Assembly (NCBI GenBank): GCA_018992685.1
Contig: JACVGT010000003.1
Coordinates: 128,001-192,000, forward strand
DNA length: 64,000 bases
Source: Theionarchaea archaeon
Lineage (GTDB): Archaea > Methanobacteriota_B > Thermococci > Methanofastidiosales > SZ-28-30
Reading direction: 5' to 3'
Both the position numbers and the translations under genes were made by a program. Positions 59,148 through 64,000 of this stretch are shown here, in pieces; within the stretch, counting starts at the first letter, position 1, and the number at the start of each line of letters is the position of its first letter. The notes below the pieces were generated by a model. That model did not search any database. It had not been told where the DNA came from and was given only the letters and a program-made list of their open reading frames with translations.

Positions 59148-59489
59148 ATGGCAGATTGGACAGCCCTAGGAACCGGGCTTATCATAAACGTGATCCTAGG
59201 GACAATTGTACTGCACTTGGCGGCACGATTTGGGAAGGTTGACGACGCGACCATAGTGAAAGCATTTATGGCTGCATTGATCGTTGCAATATTGGGGCTG
59301 GTTCTTGGCTACGTCTACTATCTGGGCGGAATCATTGCGTTCATCCTGGCAATAGTAGTCATCAAATATGTGTACGCCACCAGCTGGGGAAAGGCAGTCA
59401 TTACGTGGATACTGTACATCATCCTGATGATCGTCCTCCTCATCATTGTTGGATTGATCCTTGGGGTGTCTTACCTTGCACTTGGGTGA
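59148..59489 (+). CDS. Small 4-TM membrane protein
   Basis: Hydrophobic ORF, SD GAGGTG, T-rich terminator downstream. Confidence 0.75.
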   Translation: MADWTALGTGLIINVILGTIVLHLAARFGKVDDATIVKAFMAALIVAILGLVLGYVYYLGGIIAFILAIVVIKYVYATSWGKAVITWILYIILMIVLLIIVGLILGVSYLALG

Positions 59490-59727
59490 CCTGTTTCTTT
59501 CTTTTCCTTTTTTCTTTTCGGTTTTTTCTTTCGTCTCTTTGAGTGGTACGCTGCAGAGGGTCGTTCACCTGAAAAGCACCCGAATTCGGTACCATCGACA
59601 TTTTTGTCCCACGGCATGACAAAAGAAAGATATTTACATGCCATACTGAGTCTCTATGATCACTTAAAAGAATTCAGACTGAAGTGTGTGGGAAAACTCT
59701 TAAGAACCGTTCTTTCAATATCAATGT

Positions 59728-60093
59728 ATGAAACCAGTCTACACAGAGAAAGCACCAAAACCAGTGGGTCCGTACTCACAGGCCGTGAAGAGCAACGGAT
59801 TCCTGTTCGTTTCGGGGCAATTAGGAGTGGACGTCAAAGGAATCACGACGGATACCATAGAAGGTCAGACAGAGCAATGTATCCTCAACATACGAAACAT
59901 TCTTGAACAGGAGGGATTGTCACTGGAGAAAGTAGTCAAGGCTACTGTCTACCTTGCGGATATGAATGATTTTCAGAAGATGAACTCTGTTTATGAGAAA
60001 TATTTTACAGGAAAGCCTGCGCGAGCTGCTGTAGGAGTCTCTTTGCTGAAGAACTTCAAGGTTGAGATCGAGGTTGTAGCAACCTATCAATAA
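59728..60093 (+). CDS. ridA: RidA family enamine/imine deaminase
   Basis: GPYSQA, SGQL, MN.VY, PAR, VEIE. Confidence 0.92.
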   Translation: MKPVYTEKAPKPVGPYSQAVKSNGFLFVSGQLGVDVKGITTDTIEGQTEQCILNIRNILEQEGLSLEKVVKATVYLADMNDFQKMNSVYEKYFTGKPARAAVGVSLLKNFKVEIEVVATYQ

Positions 60094-60237
60094 TGGACCG
60101 GAGCACCTGCAGGAATATTCCTCACGTCCTCCTCCTTTTCATTTTTTGCGAACTGATCCTCCAGGGTTGATGACAAAGAGTTCTCTGGATACAATATGCT
60201 GGAGCGCTCTTGAGAAAACCCGTATATTTCCGGAACA

Positions 60238-61446
60238 ATGCTTTTCAAGATCATCCCTAGTTGGACTACTGGTGGTATTGTGAAAGCTGCAGACCGAACT
60301 GAATCTGTTACGTATGCTATAGGAGATGTGGTAGTTCCTGCACGTGAGCTCCAGAGAAAGGGGGCTGACATCATGTGGCTGAATTTGGGGGATCCTGACA
60401 AATTCGATTTTGACACACCACTTCATATCAAAGAGGCTGCTGTCAAAGCCATGAGTACATACAATGGATATGCAGACTCGGAAGGCCTTCCTGCATTGCG
60501 AGAGGCAGTTGCGTCCAGAGAAAAGAGGAAAAATGGTATTTCAGTTTCTAAAGAGGACGTTTTTATTACAAATGGGACTTCTGAAGCAATTCAGATGATC
60601 TATGGGGCGTTGCTCAATCCTGGAGATGAAATTCTGGTGCCAGGTCCGACATACCCCCCCTATACATCGCTGGCCCGGTTTTTTGATGCAGTTCCCGTCC
60701 CCTATGTGACCGTGGAGAAGGAGAACTGGTCCCCTGATATTGATGACATACGAAAGAGGCTGTCAGATAAGACACGGGCCATCCTGCTGATCAACCCCAA
60801 TAATCCCACAGGTGCTCTCTACAGCAGAAAGTGTGTGGAAGCAATTGCTGGACTGGCAGCTGAGCATGGTGCTGTGGTGATTTCTGATGAGATATACGAT
60901 ACCATGACATTCGAGGAACAGCACTACAGCCCTTCCCGGGTTGAGGATGTGCCTGTTATTGTAATTGATGGAATGTCAAAGGCGTATCTCTCCACTGGAT
61001 GGCGAGTGGGATGGACCGTATTCAATGATCACAACGGAATCCTGGCAGAGATCAAGGATGCCTGTGTGAAGCAACTGCGGCTGAGGATTAGTGCAAATTC
61101 AGTGATGCAGGAGGCCGCAGTTGCTGCCCTGAATGGCTCCCAGGATCACATAAAGAACGTTGCCGAGAAGCTCAAGGAACGGAGAGACTTCATGTACAAG
61201 AGGTTGAATGAGATCGAGGGCATAACAACCCAGAAGCCCATGGGGGCCTTTTATATCTTTCCGAAAGTGGACTGTGAGGATGACAAGAGGTTTGTCCTCG
61301 ATATCCTTGAGAATACACACGTTTTGTTTGTACACGGGTCGGGATTCGGCCCATATGGAAAGGGACATTTCCGATCAATTTTCCTCCCACCCATAGAAAC
61401 CCTGGAAAAGGCCATGAATGCGGTGGAAACTTTCATGACACGATGA
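60238..61446 (+). CDS. Class I/II aminotransferase (AlaA/AlaAT-like)
   Basis: LNLGDP, INPNNPTG, SDEIY, SKAY..TGWRVG. Confidence 0.9.
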   Translation: MLFKIIPSWTTGGIVKAADRTESVTYAIGDVVVPARELQRKGADIMWLNLGDPDKFDFDTPLHIKEAAVKAMSTYNGYADSEGLPALREAVASREKRKNGISVSKEDVFITNGTSEAIQMIYGALLNPGDEILVPGPTYPPYTSLARFFDAVPVPYVTVEKENWSPDIDDIRKRLSDKTRAILLINPNNPTGALYSRKCVEAIAGLAAEHGAVVISDEIYDTMTFEEQHYSPSRVEDVPVIVIDGMSKAYLSTGWRVGWTVFNDHNGILAEIKDACVKQLRLRISANSVMQEAAVAALNGSQDHIKNVAEKLKERRDFMYKRLNEIEGITTQKPMGAFYIFPKVDCEDDKRFVLDILENTHVLFVHGSGFGPYGKGHFRSIFLPPIETLEKAMNAVETFMTR

Positions 61447-61610
61447 TCGCAAGAGGAAGCCGCCTCTTCCCACATGTGAACACTGGGGGCAATGGTTTCA
61501 ATTGAAATCGTCCATGGCCAGAAAAGAGTCGAAATCTCTATCAGATATGTGACAGGTCAAAAAGCCCTCGCTCTTAATTTCCTTTTCCAGGATATGCAGA
61601 ACGCAGCAGG

Positions 61611-62669
61611 CTACATCCTCTTGTTCAGTATGTCACTGATTTCCCGTGTGGCTTTCAATCCACTCCCTGTCAACACGGCTGCCCGTGATTTTGAGGGGTC
61701 TACCTTTCTCAGAGCGGCCATCACAGACGCAGACGTGGGTTCAATGAACAATCCCAGGCTGACAGCTTTCTTCAGGCCTTCAGCTATTTCCTTTTCTGAA
61801 ACAACCACAAGTTCCCCATTCTGCCGGACGATTTTCAGTATCTCCTGCAGTCGCGGCGGGTGTTCCACGAGCAATCCCTCGGCCACAGACTTTTCACATG
61901 TCCTCTCTTTCTCATACAGTGCATTGTACACAGGTGAACACACTTCAGGCTGTACTCCCACCAGGTTGGGGATCCGCTCAATCACATCAGACTCATACAG
62001 GTGCTTGAATCCCAAATAGGCTCCGTAATACAGCGAGCCTGACCCCACAGGTACAACCACGACATCAGGCACGTCCCAGTCGAGCTGCTCGCCAATCTCG
62101 TATGCAATTGTCTTCATTCCCTGTAGAAACCAGGGATTCCACTGGTGAGATGCATAGTACACAGTCTCAGCCCGTTTCAGTGCCTCCTTCCTGGTATCCT
62201 CGCGGGTTCCTTCAACCTTCCTCATGTCTGCCCCGAATGCTTCTATTTGAAAGACTTTCCCCTGCGAAGCATAGGCCGGGACGTAAATCTCAGCCGTGAT
62301 TCCAGCTCTGGCAGCATATGCAGCAATGGAGGCACCCGCATTTCCTGAAGAATCCTCCACAATTCGAGGTATGTTGTGGCGGTGCAGGACAGACATCATC
62401 ACTGTTGAACCTCTATCCTTGAAGGACCCGGTGGGAAAGAAGAAATCAAGTTTGTAATAACAGTTATCAATGAAAACGAAAGGAGTATGTCCTTCGTCAA
62501 AGGATACACGTTTTTCCGTGCCCAAGTAGGGCTGATAACGCCACAGTGATGATCCCTTCAGCTCTCTAACATCAAACTGCTGTTCTTCTAGTACCTCTAC
62601 AGGGCCTCCACAGACACACTTCCAAGCAGTCTCTTCCACTTCGTGACCGCATCGAGAACACACAATCAT
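61611..62669 (-). CDS. thrC: Threonine synthase family PLP enzyme
   Basis: [31 protein letters not shown]. Confidence 0.8.
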   Translation of the reverse strand: MIVCSRCGHEVEETAWKCVCGGPVEVLEEQQFDVRELKGSSLWRYQPYLGTEKRVSFDEGHTPFVFIDNCYYKLDFFFPTGSFKDRGSTVMMSVLHRHNIPRIVEDSSGNAGASIAAYAARAGITAEIYVPAYASQGKVFQIEAFGADMRKVEGTREDTRKEALKRAETVYYASHQWNPWFLQGMKTIAYEIGEQLDWDVPDVVVVPVGSGSLYYGAYLGFKHLYESDVIERIPNLVGVQPEVCSPVYNALYEKERTCEKSVAEGLLVEHPPRLQEILKIVRQNGELVVVSEKEIAEGLKKAVSLGLFIEPTSASVMAALRKVDPSKSRAAVLTGSGLKATREISDILNKRM

Positions 62670-63571
62670 ACATCCACGTCCAGGCCCAGCTTGTCCTGAA
62701 AGTCTTTATACCTGTTCCGCACGGTCACCTCCGTCACTTTGGCAATCTCTGACACTTCCCTCTGTGTCTTCCTCTCGTCATGTTCAATACTTGAAATATA
62801 CAAAGCAGCAGCCGCAGCACCCATGGGTCCCTTTCCAGACGTGAGACCCAAATCCATTGCCTGCTTCAGAATTTCTACAGCCCTTCTCTGGACCTGTGCA
62901 GAAACTCCCAGTTCAGAAGCAAACCGAGGAATGTAATCCAGTGGGTTGGTAGGTGGGAGCCTGATACCTAGCTCTCTCATAATGTATCGGTAACTACGTC
63001 CAATTTCCTTCTTTTCCACCCGTGCATACTCAGCAATTTCATCCAGGGTTCTGGGCACCTTGCACTTCCTGCACGATGCATACAGACATCCTGCTGTTAC
63101 TCCTTCAATGCTTCTCCCTCTTACTAATCCCTCTTCAATTGCGCGCCTATACAGAATAGCTGCCGCCTCCCTGATATTCTTGGGAAGCTGCATGTGGGAG
63201 GATAGCCGGTTTAGTTCAGTCAAAGCGAAAGCCAAATTACGAGACATGGCATCAGAGACCCTAATCCTCCGCTGCCACTTACGCATCCTGTAAATCTGAG
63301 CTCTTTTTCCAGGGTTTAAATCTCTTCCATGGATGTCTCTATCTCTCCAGTCGATATCAGTAGACAACCCCTTATCATGGATCATGTAAGTCATTGGGGC
63401 TCCGGTACGTTCTCTTTTGTCTCTCTGTTCAGAATCAAAAGCACGCCATTCAGGACCTGAATCCAGCAAGGTTTCCTTCACAACCAGCCCACATTCAGAA
63501 CAGATTACCTCAGCCCTATCATAATCGTGGTAGAGGTTAATACTACCACATTCGGGACATTGGTCATTCAT
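62666..63571 (-). CDS. tfb: Transcription initiation factor IIB
   Basis: [37 protein letters not shown]. Confidence 0.97.
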   Translation of the reverse strand: MNDQCPECGSINLYHDYDRAEVICSECGLVVKETLLDSGPEWRAFDSEQRDKRERTGAPMTYMIHDKGLSTDIDWRDRDIHGRDLNPGKRAQIYRMRKWQRRIRVSDAMSRNLAFALTELNRLSSHMQLPKNIREAAAILYRRAIEEGLVRGRSIEGVTAGCLYASCRKCKVPRTLDEIAEYARVEKKEIGRSYRYIMRELGIRLPPTNPLDYIPRFASELGVSAQVQRRAVEILKQAMDLGLTSGKGPMGAAAAALYISSIEHDERKTQREVSEIAKVTEVTVRNRYKDFQDKLGLDVDV

Positions 63572-63761
63572 GGTTTCTCCCTCTCTCTCGGAAAAAAGGT
63601 AACACCTTGATCAGACCTTCTAGTATTGCCTGTTTAAATAACTTTCGCTCTATGGTGCAGTGATGCAACTGATTCTGGTAAACAGAGCTGAAAAAGAAAA
63701 GGACACCTTCCATTATTTATTACTCTCAGTGATAAAATACATTTTAAAGGTGGGGTAAGAA

Positions 63762-64000
63762 ATGGATAGCATGACACTGGTACACCTTGGTATTGACAGC
63801 ACTGATTCATTGACCAAAGGGATGTGCACCAGCTACCTGGGTACAGTACTTGCTAAGAGAGTTCTCCGCGCTGGCGCTGTTTTGGCTGATTATCCCAATT
63901 TAATACGCCTGAACCCAAACATCCCGTATAAGACCAGGGGGAATGGGGCTGTAGTCCTGCGGTTGGAGGTTCCAGATTCCCAGGTTCGAGACATGGTGGA
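63762..64000 (+). CDS. tiaS: tRNA(Ile2) agmatinylcytidine synthetase, partial (runs off window)
   Basis: Manual translation: HLGIDSTDS..GMCTSY...PNLIRLNPNIPYKTRGNGAV. Confidence 0.9.
   Translation, partial: MDSMTLVHLGIDSTDSLTKGMCTSYLGTVLAKRVLRAGAVLADYPNLIRLNPNIPYKTRGNGAVVLRLEVPDSQVRDMV

Overview
Archaeal chromosomal window, with TATA/BRE promoters, many leaderless genes, TFB, TiaS and archaeal r-proteins. The gene set suggests an anaerobic euryarchaeote such as Theionarchaea (inference). Housekeeping content: form III RuBisCO, Map, split class I fumarase, NMNAT, an rpl18e-rpl13-rps9-rpoN-tRNA-Pro(GGG, intron)-rps2 cluster, SRP RNA, hypC/D/A and a Grx-FDR-PDO redox operon. There is a compact archaeal mevalonate operon (mvk-ubiD-lpdD-like-acnX large-acnX small) that includes a prenyl-FMN chaperone-like gene. 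Accessory content: several secreted surface proteins, one interrupted by TGA and flanked by direct and inverted repeats; a 1127-aa multi-TM/RCK/ACT channel-like protein; and a UDP-sulfoquinovose synthase operon. A ~7-kb amino-acid/opine metabolic cluster (HTH regulator, ThrC-like, opine dehydrogenase, D-amino-acid PLP enzyme, altered SdhA/TfrA-like flavoprotein, 2Fe-2S protein) is bracketed by a truncated and an intact copy of the same membrane-protein gene. Candidate structured RNAs: ~50.9-51.15 kb, ~47.06-47.14 kb and the rpl18e leader. All calls come from reading motifs by eye; no searches were run.
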